Translations under genes and position numbers: made by a program | The notes under the pieces: model-generated | Seen by the model: the letters and a program-made list of their open reading frames with translations, nothing else | Database searches by the model: none | Told to the model about the DNA's origin: nothing | NCBI GenBank assembly: GCA_010365135.1 | Contig: JAAFGY010000001.1 | Location: 11,419-75,418 of the forward strand | Length of the DNA stretch: 64,000 nt | From: Flavobacterium sp. | GTDB taxonomy: Bacteria > Bacteroidota > Bacteroidia > Flavobacteriales > Flavobacteriaceae | Direction of reading: 5' to 3' | Part shown: one piece after another, positions 37,852-47,632 of the stretch | How positions within the stretch are numbered: position 1 is the stretch's first letter | Layout: each line of letters begins with the position of its first letter

Positions 37852-39168
37852 ATGGAATTGAAAGAAAAATTACTATCGTCTTTTATGGCTTTTGAAGAGC
37901 AAGTGGATGTTCATTCCGAACTTCACAATGTGCGAACTGAGGCTTTAAAAAACTTTGAAAATAAAGGTTTCCCCACCAAAAAAGAGGAATCTTGGAAATA
38001 TACTTCGCTAAATGCCATCTTAAAAAATGACTTCACGGTATTTCCAAAGGACGAATTGACGATCGAATTCAGGGATGTAAAAAAATATTTTATCCACGAA
38101 ATCGACACTTACAAAGTGGTTTTTGTTGACGGCGTTTTTAGCTCGCATTTGTCTTCGACTACACACGAAGGAGTAGATATTTGTTTGATGTCATCGGCAT
38201 TGCACAAGCCCAAATACAAAATGGTTATCGACAATTATTTTAATAAAATTGCTAGTAAAGACGAGAGTTTAACGACATTGAATACGGCTTTTGCCAATGA
38301 AGGAGCCTATATTAACATCCCGAAAAGTACTGTAGTTCGAAAACCTATTGAGATTATGTATTTCTCGACAGGCAACGAAGCGGCTCTTATGGTTCAACCT
38401 CGAAATTTAATAATTGTTGGAGAAAATTCTCATGTTCAAATCATCGAAAGACATCAAAGTTTGAACGAAAATCCAGTTTTGACCAATTCAGTTACTGAGA
38501 TTTTTGCCCAAAAACGCGCCATCGTCGATTTCTATAAAATCCAAAACGACAATCATGAAGCCAATTTAATTGATAATACTTACGTTTCCCAAAAACAAGA
38601 AAGCCACGTTTCAGTTCACACTTTCTCTTTTGGAGGAAATTTGACTAGAAACAATTTGAATTTCTATCATTTTGGAGAAAGATTGACTAGCACACTTAAC
38701 GGAATTACGATTATTGGAGACAAACAACACGTAGATCATTATACTTTAGTACATCACGCCGCGCCAAATTGCGAAAGCTTTCAAGATTATAAAGGCATTT
38801 TTTCGGACAATTCTACGGGTGTTTTCAACGGAAAAGTTTATGTCGAAAAAGAAGCTCAAAAAACCAATGCTTTCCAAAAAAGCAACAACATTTTGTTGGG
38901 CGATAGATCAACAATAAATGCAAAACCACAATTAGAAATTTTTGCCGATGACGTTAAATGTTCGCACGGTTGCACGGTAGGACAACTCGATGAAACTGCT
39001 ATGTTCTATATGCAATCCCGAGGAATTCCTAAGAAAGAAGCTAAAGCCTTATTGATGTACGCGTTTTCAAATGCGGTTATCGAAAGCATCAAAATCCCAG
39101 AATTGAAACAACGAATTACCAAAATCATCGCTTTGAAATTAGGTGTGAAATTGGGATTTGATTTGTAG
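37852..39168 (+). CDS. sufD: Fe-S cluster assembly protein SufD
   Basis: FPTKKEESWKYT, LNTAFANEG, KPQLEIFADDVKCSHGCTVG motifs. Confidence 0.96.
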   Translation: MELKEKLLSSFMAFEEQVDVHSELHNVRTEALKNFENKGFPTKKEESWKYTSLNAILKNDFTVFPKDELTIEFRDVKKYFIHEIDTYKVVFVDGVFSSHLSSTTHEGVDICLMSSALHKPKYKMVIDNYFNKIASKDESLTTLNTAFANEGAYINIPKSTVVRKPIEIMYFSTGNEAALMVQPRNLIIVGENSHVQIIERHQSLNENPVLTNSVTEIFAQKRAIVDFYKIQNDNHEANLIDNTYVSQKQESHVSVHTFSFGGNLTRNNLNFYHFGERLTSTLNGITIIGDKQHVDHYTLVHHAAPNCESFQDYKGIFSDNSTGVFNGKVYVEKEAQKTNAFQKSNNILLGDRSTINAKPQLEIFADDVKCSHGCTVGQLDETAMFYMQSRGIPKKEAKALLMYAFSNAVIESIKIPELKQRITKIIALKLGVKLGFDL

Positions 39169-39210
39169 TTTTTAAATACAACGTTTCAAAGGTTTACGAA
39201 CGGATGAACT

Positions 39211-39278
39211 AAAAGGCGCACAATTTAATAATAACAAACTTTGCGCCCTTTTCGATTTTCTTTGTGTGCTTTGTGGTT
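39211..39278. repeat. Degenerate 9-mer inverted array (CTTTGYG family)
   Basis: AAAAGGCGCA.../...TGCGCCCTTTT, then CTTTGTGTG CTTTGTGGTT. Confidence 0.5.
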
Positions 39279-39282
39279 TAGT

Positions 39283-40629
39283 TTACCTCTTTAAACTTTT
39301 AACAATCCCACTCAACAACCTATTAAAATCAAAATCAGGAGCTTCTGTTAAACCCATTCGCACGATTACTAAATCATGGCTTGGGAAAATGGCAACCATT
39401 TGGCCTTGATATCCGCTGCAATACAACATATCTTTAGGAACATCAGCAAATTTTCCGCCGGCATTGAGCCAAAAATGAGCTCCATATTTCCCGTTTGAAG
39501 TATTGGTCGGTGTAGCGACATATTTTGCCCAATTTGTGTCAAATAGTTGCTCGCCGTTCCAATTGCCTTTGTGCAAATACAGTAATCCAAATTTTGCCCA
39601 ATCACGCGTCGTTGCCCAACCGTACGAGGAACCTACATAATTTCCAGCCATATCCGTTTCCACTATCATCGAATTCATTCCAATTTTATCAATCAAGGCC
39701 GAATACCAAAAATCTAAATATTCCTGATGCGTTTTGAATTGTTTTAGCAAAATTCCGGACAATAAATTGGTCGTTCCGGAGGAATAATTCCAATGGGAAT
39801 TGGGTTTGAATTGCGCCGGTTTTTTCAATTGAGACTGGCTCATATCTTCCGCTTGAAAAAGCATTTGAGTGGCATCACAAATTTTGGTATAATCTTCTTC
39901 CCATTCCAAACCGCTGTTCATATTGAGCAAATTGGCGATGGTGATTTTGGAGCGTTCATCATTTGCCCATTCGGTAATTGGAGCAGGTTTAAAAACATCT
40001 AATTTGCCTTGTTTTTGCATAATTCCATAGATAGTTGCCGTAATACTTTTAGTCATTGACCAGCCCAAAATTTTGGAGTTTTTATTGAAACCCGTGTCGT
40101 ATTTCTCGGCAATAATTTTGTCTTTGTAAATAACCAAAACAGCACGAGTTCTTTTACTTTTTTGGTCTTTTACGTCAAAAGCATTGGCAACAGCCGCATT
40201 CAGTTTTGTGTAATCAATGTTGGCAAAAAAAGTGTCTTTTGGCTCGTTATTTCCATAGGGAAAAGGTAAATTGTTGCTGATTTTGGTTCTTTTTGGAACT
40301 TCATACGGTTTTGAAATATCAAAAGCATCGTTGATTAAAGTTGCCCCTAAACCTTCTCTGTAAATGGCTTTCCGTTCTTTTAAACCATAAACCGAACTAG
40401 TGACAAATTTTCCGTTTTCGTTAATTTTGTTTTTCGCCAAAGTAATCATCTTGATATCATTGTCTCCTGTCTCAATTATATCTTGCGAACGATGATCTAT
40501 AAAATGTCCCGAAGCCATACTTTTGGCCGAAAAACCTGAGATTAAATCCAGCTTTGGATACGTGGTGTAGCCAAAATAAATTAGGAATAACAAAACGACA
40601 AGACCAAGAATTTTGAATATTTTTTTCAT
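39283..40629 (-). CDS. Serine hydrolase (beta-lactamase class C-like), membrane-anchored
   Basis: WSMTKS (SxxK), WNYSSG (YxS), GYQGQ motifs; N-terminal TM segment. Confidence 0.88.
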   Translation of the reverse strand: MKKIFKILGLVVLLFLIYFGYTTYPKLDLISGFSAKSMASGHFIDHRSQDIIETGDNDIKMITLAKNKINENGKFVTSSVYGLKERKAIYREGLGATLINDAFDISKPYEVPKRTKISNNLPFPYGNNEPKDTFFANIDYTKLNAAVANAFDVKDQKSKRTRAVLVIYKDKIIAEKYDTGFNKNSKILGWSMTKSITATIYGIMQKQGKLDVFKPAPITEWANDERSKITIANLLNMNSGLEWEEDYTKICDATQMLFQAEDMSQSQLKKPAQFKPNSHWNYSSGTTNLLSGILLKQFKTHQEYLDFWYSALIDKIGMNSMIVETDMAGNYVGSSYGWATTRDWAKFGLLYLHKGNWNGEQLFDTNWAKYVATPTNTSNGKYGAHFWLNAGGKFADVPKDMLYCSGYQGQMVAIFPSHDLVIVRMGLTEAPDFDFNRLLSGIVKSLKR

Positions 40630-40744
40630 TTGAAGCGAAATTTTGACCAATTTAGCAAAAATAGCATAGAGAAATCATATTTTGTTATAAATTAATACTG
40701 TTAAAAATTGTAAAATCTTGCTATTGAAACCCACCTATATTCAC

Positions 40745-40773
40745 TACTTTTGTATTTAGAATTTTTCTAAATA
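40745..40773 (+). promoter_or_regulatory. sufS -7 element immediately followed by a palindromic operator
   Basis: TACTTTTG (40745-52), then TATTTAGA-ATTTT-TCTAAATA (40753-73). Confidence 0.65.
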
Positions 40774-40778
40774 ACAAA

Positions 40779-41993
40779 ATGTTAGATATAAATAAAATTA
40801 GAGCCGATTTTCCAATACTTTCAAGAACTGTAAACGGAAAACCATTGGTATATTTTGATAATGGAGCCACCAATCAAAAGCCGCAAATAGTAATTGATGC
40901 GATTGCCAAATATTACCAGGAAATCAATGCCAATATCCATCGCGGCGTGCATACTTTGAGCCAATTAGCCACCGATGCTTATGAAGTTTCGCGTGGTAAA
41001 ATTCAAAATCATATCCATGCAAAATTCGCCCACGAAGTGATTTTTACATCGGGAACAACGCACGGAATTAACGCCGTTGCGAATGGTTTTGCTTCGCTAC
41101 TACAAGCTGGCGACGAAGTTTTGGTTTCGGCAATGGAACATCACAGCAATATTGTGCCTTGGCAAATGTTGTGTGAGAAAACTGGGGCGATTTTGAAAGT
41201 GATTCCAATGAATGAAAACGGCGAGTTGATTCTTAGCGAATTCGATAAATTATTGTCGGATAAAACAAAAGTCGTGACGGTAAATCATATTTCTAACGCT
41301 TTGGGAACCATCAATCCCATCAAATATATCATTGACAAAGCACACGAATTTGGAGCAGCGATTTTAATTGATGGAGCGCAAGCCGTTCCGCATTTGAAGC
41401 CCGATGTCCAGGAATTAGATTGTGATTTTTATGTTTTTTCTGGTCATAAAATGTGTGGGCCAACGGGAACAGGAATTTTATACGGAAAAGAAGATTGGCT
41501 TAATAAATTACCTCCTTATCAAGGTGGTGGTGAGATGATAAAAGAAGTGACTTTCAAGAAAACTACTTATGCCGATTTGCCACACAAATTTGAAGCGGGA
41601 ACGCCAAATATTGCTGGAGGAATTGTTTTGGGAACAGCCGTTGATTATTTGAATTCCGTTGGTTTTGAGAACATTCAACAACAGGAAACAGAATTGGTAG
41701 AATACGCAACGAAACGATTATTGGAAATTGAAGGTTTGAAAATTTTTGGCACAGCCAAAGAAAAAACATCGGTGATTTCGTTTAATGTTGGCGAAATTCA
41801 TCCGTATGACATTGGAACAATTATAGACAAGTTAGGAATAGCCGTACGAACCGGACATCATTGCACGCAACCTATTATGGATTATTTCAAAATTCCGGGA
41901 ACAATTCGCGCATCGTTTTCGTTTTATAATACCAAAGAAGAAATTGACGTTATGGTCGAAGCGGTTAAAAAAGCGCAATTAATGTTGTCTTAA
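40779..41993 (+). CDS. sufS: Cysteine desulfurase SufS
   Basis: YFDNGAT, EHHSNIVPW, FSGHKM (PLP Lys), RTGHHC motifs. Confidence 0.96.
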   Translation: MLDINKIRADFPILSRTVNGKPLVYFDNGATNQKPQIVIDAIAKYYQEINANIHRGVHTLSQLATDAYEVSRGKIQNHIHAKFAHEVIFTSGTTHGINAVANGFASLLQAGDEVLVSAMEHHSNIVPWQMLCEKTGAILKVIPMNENGELILSEFDKLLSDKTKVVTVNHISNALGTINPIKYIIDKAHEFGAAILIDGAQAVPHLKPDVQELDCDFYVFSGHKMCGPTGTGILYGKEDWLNKLPPYQGGGEMIKEVTFKKTTYADLPHKFEAGTPNIAGGIVLGTAVDYLNSVGFENIQQQETELVEYATKRLLEIEGLKIFGTAKEKTSVISFNVGEIHPYDIGTIIDKLGIAVRTGHHCTQPIMDYFKIPGTIRASFSFYNTKEEIDVMVEAVKKAQLMLS

Positions 41994-42003
41994 AAATAAA
42001 AAA

Positions 42004-42438
42004 ATGAAACTATTTACCATGATTTTTCTAAGTATTTTTCTTGGCAAAAGTTGTTCTAGTCAAACCAAAAATGATTTGAAAACAGCTGTTTTGGAATATA
42101 CTGCCAACACCCGAGGTTTTTATCAAAAAATTACGATTCAAGACCAAATGGTTTCCGTTTCGAAAGATAGAAATAGCAATGAAAAGCCGATTGCTACAAA
42201 AATTTCGGATAAAGATTGGAAGGAATTGGTCGGTTATTTTGAAACCATCGAATTGGATAGTTTAGCCACTTTAAAAGCACCAACCGAAAAACGCTTTCAT
42301 GATGGTGCGGCAATCGCCAATTTGAAAGTGGTTTATAAAGACAAGACTTATGAAACCGTAGCTTTCGATCACGGTTTTGCACCAACAGAAATAAAAAAAT
42401 TAGTTGATAAATTAAACACCTTTGCTAAAAAAGAATAA
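42004..42438 (+). CDS. Uncharacterised lipoprotein
   Basis: Lipobox-like GKSC; DGAAIANL...YET..FDHG pattern; stop overlaps the sufE ATG (TAATG). Confidence 0.7.
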   Translation: MKLFTMIFLSIFLGKSCSSQTKNDLKTAVLEYTANTRGFYQKITIQDQMVSVSKDRNSNEKPIATKISDKDWKELVGYFETIELDSLATLKAPTEKRFHDGAAIANLKVVYKDKTYETVAFDHGFAPTEIKKLVDKLNTFAKKE

Positions 42439-42857
42439 TGAGCATTAAAGAAATACAAGAAGAAATAATAGATGAGTTTTCGATGTTTGACGATTGGATG
42501 CAACGTTATGAATACATTATTGATTTAGGGAAAAACTTGCCGTTAATCCAGGAGGAATTCAAAACTGATGATAATATTATTAAAGGTTGCCAGTCGAAAG
42601 TTTGGCTGAAAGGAGAACAAAAAGACGATAAAATAGTCTTCACCGCCGATAGCGATGCAATTTTGACCAAAGGAATAATAGCCATATTAATTCGGGTTTT
42701 TTCAAACCAAAAAGCTTTGGATATTCTCAATGCCGATATGAATTTTATTGATGAAATTGGTTTAAAAGAACATTTATCACCAACACGAGCCAACGGATTG
42801 GTTTCGATGATTAAGAATATAAAAATGTACGCATTGGCTTTCGATGCAAATAAATAA
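42438..42857 (+). CDS. sufE: Cysteine desulfuration protein SufE
   Basis: RYEYIIDLG, IKGCQSKVW, DSDAILTKG, LSPTRANGL motifs. Confidence 0.95.
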   Translation: MSIKEIQEEIIDEFSMFDDWMQRYEYIIDLGKNLPLIQEEFKTDDNIIKGCQSKVWLKGEQKDDKIVFTADSDAILTKGIIAILIRVFSNQKALDILNADMNFIDEIGLKEHLSPTRANGLVSMIKNIKMYALAFDANK

Positions 42858-42874
42858 TAAAAGATCAATAACTT

Positions 42875-42900
42875 GAGATGGCGCCGTGCCTCGCAATGAC
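42875..42900. repeat. Remnant of a REP-like hairpin arm
   Basis: GAGATGGCGCCGTGCCTCGCAATGAC resembles, from memory, Bacteroidota ...CTCGCAATGAC repeats; a related CGTCAGAATGAC tail lies at 8194-8205. Confidence 0.45.
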
Positions 42901-42907
42901 AAAAAAT

Positions 42908-43231
42908 ATGGAAACAAAAATAGACACAAACCAACTAGGAATTGATATCGTGGCAAAACTAAAAACCATCTACGATCCGGAAATTCCCGTTGATATTTAT
43001 GAATTGGGATTGATATATGACGTAATGGTCAGTACCGATTATGAAGTTAAAATCCTGATGACCTTAACTTCCCCAAATTGTCCGGTTGCCGAAAGTTTGC
43101 CAAGAGAAGTGGAAGAAAAAGTAAAATCATTAACTCATGTAAAAGACGCCGAAGTGGAAATCACTTTCGATCCGCCTTGGAGCAAAGATTTGATGAGTGA
43201 AGAAGCAAAATTAGAACTGGGAATGCTTTAA
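42908..43231 (+). CDS. DUF59/SufT-like Fe-S assembly protein
   Basis: IYDPEIPVDIYELGLIY, MTLTSPNCPVAE, TFDPPWS motifs; ATG 42908 preferred. Confidence 0.92.
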   Translation: METKIDTNQLGIDIVAKLKTIYDPEIPVDIYELGLIYDVMVSTDYEVKILMTLTSPNCPVAESLPREVEEKVKSLTHVKDAEVEITFDPPWSKDLMSEEAKLELGML

Positions 43232-43235
43232 TATT

Positions 43236-43316
43236 AGTTGTAAAGTTAGAAAGTCGTAAAGTCTGAAAGATAGCAATTTTATGACATTCGACTTTTGACA
43301 TTCGACTTTAAGACTT
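43236..43316. repeat. Gene-less AGTC/GACT heptamer inverted array
   Basis: Left AAAGTTAG AAAGTCGT AAAGTCTG; right GAC at 43283, 43290, 43297, 43304, 43312; 43290-43316 is identical to 37818-37844. Confidence 0.85.
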
Positions 43317-43321
43317 GAATA

Positions 43322-43825
43322 ATGGAAGAAATTGTAAATAAAGTTGCCAATAGTACTTTGGAGATTTTCGATTTGGAAGATTATTATCCAAAAGGAACTC
43401 GTGCGCAAATTGATATTTCTAAATGGTTTCTGGAAGGTTTCTTGTTGAAAGAAAAAGACTTTCGAGCGCATTTACAGGAACACGATTGGTCCCAATACCA
43501 AGACCAATATGTAGCCATTCATTGCAGTACCGAAGCTATTTTTCCAGCATGGGCTTCCATTTTGGTTGCGATTAAATTATCGCCTTTTGCCAAAAAAATC
43601 GTAAACGGAACTATCGAAGATTTGGATGCTGCTTTATACGAAGAAATCCTTTCTACAATAAATTATTCGGTTTACGAAAACAAAGCTATAATTATAAAAG
43701 GCTGTTCGAAAAAACCTGTTCCAATGCGTGCTTATATTTTGGCTGCCAATTATTTACAACCTTTTGCCAGAAGTATTATGTATGGCGAAGCTTGCTCGGC
43801 AGTGCCTCTTTTTAAGAAAAAATAG
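43322..43825 (+). CDS. DUF2480-family protein
   Basis: EIVNKVANS...FDLEDYYP, LKEKDFR, IKGCS, SIMYGEACSAVPL motifs. Confidence 0.85.
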   Translation: MEEIVNKVANSTLEIFDLEDYYPKGTRAQIDISKWFLEGFLLKEKDFRAHLQEHDWSQYQDQYVAIHCSTEAIFPAWASILVAIKLSPFAKKIVNGTIEDLDAALYEEILSTINYSVYENKAIIIKGCSKKPVPMRAYILAANYLQPFARSIMYGEACSAVPLFKKK

Positions 43826-43851
43826 AATTACTATTAAACAGTATTCAAAAC

Positions 43852-43889
43852 AAAAATACCCTTTTGATTTATTTCAAAAGGGTATTTTT
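43852..43889. terminator. Bidirectional intrinsic terminator
   Basis: AAAAATACCCTTTTGA-N6-TCAAAAGGGTATTTTT. Confidence 0.8.
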
Positions 43890-45115
43890 TATTCTTCTTT
43901 TTCCACAGCATCCTTATAATCCGGATACAAAAACTTGTTGTAAGGAAAGCGCGTGATGTGAATATGTCTCACCGCTTCGTAAAGACGTTCCCTAAATTCT
44001 TCAAAATTCTCTTTGTTTGTTGCCGAAATAAACAAGGCGTTTTCTTCGCCAACACGATGCATCCAGGTGGTTTTCCATTCTTCAAGCGTTGAATGTCTAG
44101 GTGTCTTTTCAGTCATCAAATCATCGTCATCAATGGTCAAATGTTTGTAGGCATCAATCTTATTGAAAACCATAATAACCGGTTTATTGTTCGCTTTGAT
44201 ATCCAATAAAGTTTGATTTACCGATGCAATATGATCTTCAAATTCAGGATGCGAGATATCGACAACGTGCAATAGCAAATCGGCTTCGCGAACCTCATCA
44301 AGTGTACTTTTGAAAGAATCCACCAATTGTGTCGGCAGTTTGCGAATAAATCCCACTGTATCTGAAAGTAAAAAAGGAAGGTTTTTTATCACTACTTTTC
44401 GAACGGTGGTGTCTAAAGTGGCAAAAAGTTTGTTTTCTACAAAAACATCGCTTTTCCCGATGGCATTCATCAAAGTCGATTTTCCAACATTGGTATAACC
44501 CACCAAAGCCACACGAACCATGGCGCCGCGATTGCCTCTTTGGGTTCCCATTTGCTTGTCGATGGCTTTTATTTTTTCTTTCAATAACGAAATTCGATCC
44601 CGAACAATACGTCTATCTGTTTCAATTTCCGTTTCTCCCGGTCCACGCATCCCAATTCCTCCTTTTTGACGTTCCAAGTGCGTCCACAAACCAGATAATC
44701 TTGGTAACAAATAAATACATTGTGCCAATTCTACCTGCGTTCTGGCATAGGAAGTTTCGGCTCTTTGGGCAAAAATATCCAAGATAAGATTGGTTCTATC
44801 CAAGATTTTGCAATCTATGATTTTGGAAATATTTTTTTGTTGGGAAGGTGTCAATTCATCATCAAATATCAAAGTGGAAATCTCATTTTCCTTAACAAAA
44901 TGATTGATTTCTTCTATTTTTCCAGTTCCGACGAAAGTCTTGGGATTGGGACGTTCCATTTTTTGGGAAAATCGTTTCACCACTTCACCGCCTGCGGTAA
45001 AGGTCAAAAACTCCAATTCGTCTAAATACTCATTGAGTTTATCCTCGCTTTGATTTTGAGTGACGATACCAACAATGGCCGTTTTTTCAAAATTTATAAT
45101 TTCTTTTTCTAACAT
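43889..45115 (-). CDS. hflX: GTPase HflX
   Basis: GPGETEIETDRR, GYTNVGKS, FATLD, DTVGF, NKID motifs. Confidence 0.97.
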   Translation of the reverse strand: MLEKEIINFEKTAIVGIVTQNQSEDKLNEYLDELEFLTFTAGGEVVKRFSQKMERPNPKTFVGTGKIEEINHFVKENEISTLIFDDELTPSQQKNISKIIDCKILDRTNLILDIFAQRAETSYARTQVELAQCIYLLPRLSGLWTHLERQKGGIGMRGPGETEIETDRRIVRDRISLLKEKIKAIDKQMGTQRGNRGAMVRVALVGYTNVGKSTLMNAIGKSDVFVENKLFATLDTTVRKVVIKNLPFLLSDTVGFIRKLPTQLVDSFKSTLDEVREADLLLHVVDISHPEFEDHIASVNQTLLDIKANNKPVIMVFNKIDAYKHLTIDDDDLMTEKTPRHSTLEEWKTTWMHRVGEENALFISATNKENFEEFRERLYEAVRHIHITRFPYNKFLYPDYKDAVEKEE

Positions 45116-45176
45116 AATTTTTAATAAGTTGCAAATTTAATGATTTGTGAGGGACTTATGAACATTGCATCGAAAT

Positions 45177-46388
45177 CTATTCCATTGCCTTTACTCTTTT
45201 GACCAAAAAGGCGATTAAAATTCCGAACATTCCGATAAAAGCAAATGAAAATCGCAAACCAAAAAGTTCCGAAATATGACCAATAACGGGCGGTCCGATC
45301 AAAAAACCGAGGAAACTTACGCTGGAAACCGCCGTTAATGCTTCGCCTGTTGGAATTGTTGGATGTTTTCCCGCAATACTATAAAGTGTGGGAATCACGG
45401 TAGAAACGCCCAATCCTACAATCATAAAAGCAAGAGTACACGGAACAATATAAGGAAAAATCACAGCCATATACAAGCCCGACGAAATCATTACACCGCT
45501 TATCTGCATCACGGTTTTTCGCCCAAATCTGTTGATTAAACGGTCTCCTAAAAATCGTCCGCCGGCCATCATTATCATAAACGAAGTATAACCAATAACG
45601 ATTAATGAACCTGGAGCTTTGACGATGTCTTTAAAATAAACACCACTCCAATCGAACATAATTCCTTCGCTCGCCATACTGCAAAACCCAATAACTCCCA
45701 ATAAAACTAATGATTTGTCTGGTTTTCTGAATATTTTTTTCTTTTCAGGACGAACTTTCTCTTTGGCCTTTATTAAATATTTGAAATTAATCGCCACCAA
45801 GGCTAATACAACGAAAGCGACAATAACAAAATGCAAATAAGTCGTGATTTTTAGCGCCATCATTCCCAGTCCAACTAAAGCTCCAGTGAATCCTGCCAAA
45901 CTCCACATTCCGTGAAAAGAGGACATAATGGTTCGTCTAAAAAGTCCTTCGGTATAAATTCCTTGGGTATTGATAGAAATATTGGACAAGTTTCCAAAGA
46001 TTCCAAAGGAAACCAACCCCAGGGCCAATTGCCAGGCGTTTTGAGCCAAACCAATATTCGTTAAACTAAAAGCATACATCAAAGCAGAAAAAGGGAGAAT
46101 ACGATCGCTGCCAAAACGAGTCACCAATTTGCCCGAAAAAAACATCATTGTCAACTGCCCAAGAGGCAATGCAAATAGAATCGTTCCGAGTTCTCCATCA
46201 CTCAATTGCAAATCTGCTTTGATGGTTGGAATTCGGCTTGCCCAAGTGGAAAAAGACAACCCCATACCAAAATAAAATAGAGAAACACCCCAGCGAATTC
46301 GGTTCAAATAGGATTGCTTGGCGTCTCGGTAGGTTTTTTTGTATTTGCCATTTGCTTTAAAGTTGCCAATAAAATTTAAATCTATCAA
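45177..46388 (-). CDS. MFS transporter
   Basis: About 12 TM segments; WASRIP, MSSFHGMWSLAG, GRFLGD motifs. Confidence 0.88.
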   Translation of the reverse strand: MIDLNFIGNFKANGKYKKTYRDAKQSYLNRIRWGVSLFYFGMGLSFSTWASRIPTIKADLQLSDGELGTILFALPLGQLTMMFFSGKLVTRFGSDRILPFSALMYAFSLTNIGLAQNAWQLALGLVSFGIFGNLSNISINTQGIYTEGLFRRTIMSSFHGMWSLAGFTGALVGLGMMALKITTYLHFVIVAFVVLALVAINFKYLIKAKEKVRPEKKKIFRKPDKSLVLLGVIGFCSMASEGIMFDWSGVYFKDIVKAPGSLIVIGYTSFMIMMAGGRFLGDRLINRFGRKTVMQISGVMISSGLYMAVIFPYIVPCTLAFMIVGLGVSTVIPTLYSIAGKHPTIPTGEALTAVSSVSFLGFLIGPPVIGHISELFGLRFSFAFIGMFGILIAFLVKRVKAME

Positions 46389-46482
46389 AACTGTTGCCTT
46401 TTAAAATTGGATCTGCAAAAGTACAAAATCCTTCTGTTTCTGTTTACCGTTTTATTTTTAAACTGAACAATACCGTTGTTGT

Positions 46483-47532
46483 TTATATCTGGATTACTTT
46501 CTTTTGTTCACTGCTTTGAAAAGATGCTTCAATAATTCGCATCACATTAACACCGTCTTGGGCAGTAACAGGTTCGGACTTTCCATTGGCAATTGCTTGA
46601 TAAACGCCATCAAAAAAATCGTAATAATTTCCTTGAAGTGTTGGTACTTTTTCTCTACTAATTTGACCATCAATTTCCGTGTGCAAAAGTCCTTCTTGAC
46701 CTTCATTTTCGGTTCCCCAACTGGTTAAATTGGGTTTTTTTCCCACTTTCAATTCGTCTTCCTGCACATCGCCACGCGATTTTAGAAATGACCCTTTCTT
46801 GCCGTGAACCACATACGAAGGGTTGGGTTCTCTCACAAAAAAACTGGCTTTTAATTGCACTCTAAAATCCGAATAATACAGCAAAACATCCATATAATCG
46901 TCGACCACAGAATGTTCTCTAGTGATTCGAATATCGGCAAAAACAGCATTGGGCAAACCAAACAAATACAAGGCTTGGTCAATAATATGCGGTCCCAAAT
47001 CTTTCATAATTCCTGAACCCGAATTGACCGTTTCCTTATGAACTTTTGGACTCAAAACAGGATTGTAACGGTCAAAATGAAACTCGGCTTCGACGATTTC
47101 TCCTAACAATTTGGCGTCAACAATTTTTTTCACGGTTTTAAAATCGCTATCCCACCTCCTATTTTGAAACACGGACAATTTCAACCCTTTTTCTTTGGCC
47201 AAAACTGCCAATTCTTTTGCCTCGGCAACATTTGAGGTAAATGCTTTTTCGACAATAACGTGTTTTCCGGCGAGCAACACTTTTTTGGCATACTCAAAAT
47301 GAGTATCAATTGGCGTGTTAACGATTACCAAATCAATCGTTTTATCCTCCAAAATGGATTCCAGACTAGGAAAACTTTTAACTCCGGGATACTTTTCTTG
47401 AATTAATTTTGTACTTCTTTCCCAAGAACCTAAGAGCTCAAAATCAGGATGAAGTTCTAGAAACGGAGCGTGAAAAACTTTTCCTGACATTCCGTAGGAT
47501 AAGAGCGCTGTTTTTATTTTTTGCATAATCAA
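46483..47532 (-). CDS. Gfo/Idh/MocA oxidoreductase
   Basis: YGMSGKVFHAP, VIVEKAF, FQNRRWD, DLGPH motifs; start may be 47526. Confidence 0.9.
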   Translation of the reverse strand: MIMQKIKTALLSYGMSGKVFHAPFLELHPDFELLGSWERSTKLIQEKYPGVKSFPSLESILEDKTIDLVIVNTPIDTHFEYAKKVLLAGKHVIVEKAFTSNVAEAKELAVLAKEKGLKLSVFQNRRWDSDFKTVKKIVDAKLLGEIVEAEFHFDRYNPVLSPKVHKETVNSGSGIMKDLGPHIIDQALYLFGLPNAVFADIRITREHSVVDDYMDVLLYYSDFRVQLKASFFVREPNPSYVVHGKKGSFLKSRGDVQEDELKVGKKPNLTSWGTENEGQEGLLHTEIDGQISREKVPTLQGNYYDFFDGVYQAIANGKSEPVTAQDGVNVMRIIEASFQSSEQKKVIQI

Positions 47533-47535
47533 TTT

Positions 47536-47632
47536 AAGATTTTAGAGTGTAGATTTTAGATCGGTTGGAATAGAAGGTAAATTCAAAAGTTAGATTTTCT
47601 GTGATTGTAAATTCTGAAATCTGCAATCTAAA
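47536..47632. repeat. Heptamer inverted array (AGAT/ATCT family)
   Basis: AGAT/AGAG at 47537, 47544, 47551, 47558; TTCT/ATCT at 47612, 47619, 47626. Confidence 0.75.

Noticed and set aside
42878-42907. MAPCLAMTKN extension of the DUF59 protein
   Set aside because: Translated from a REP remnant; ATG 42908 gives the typical family start.
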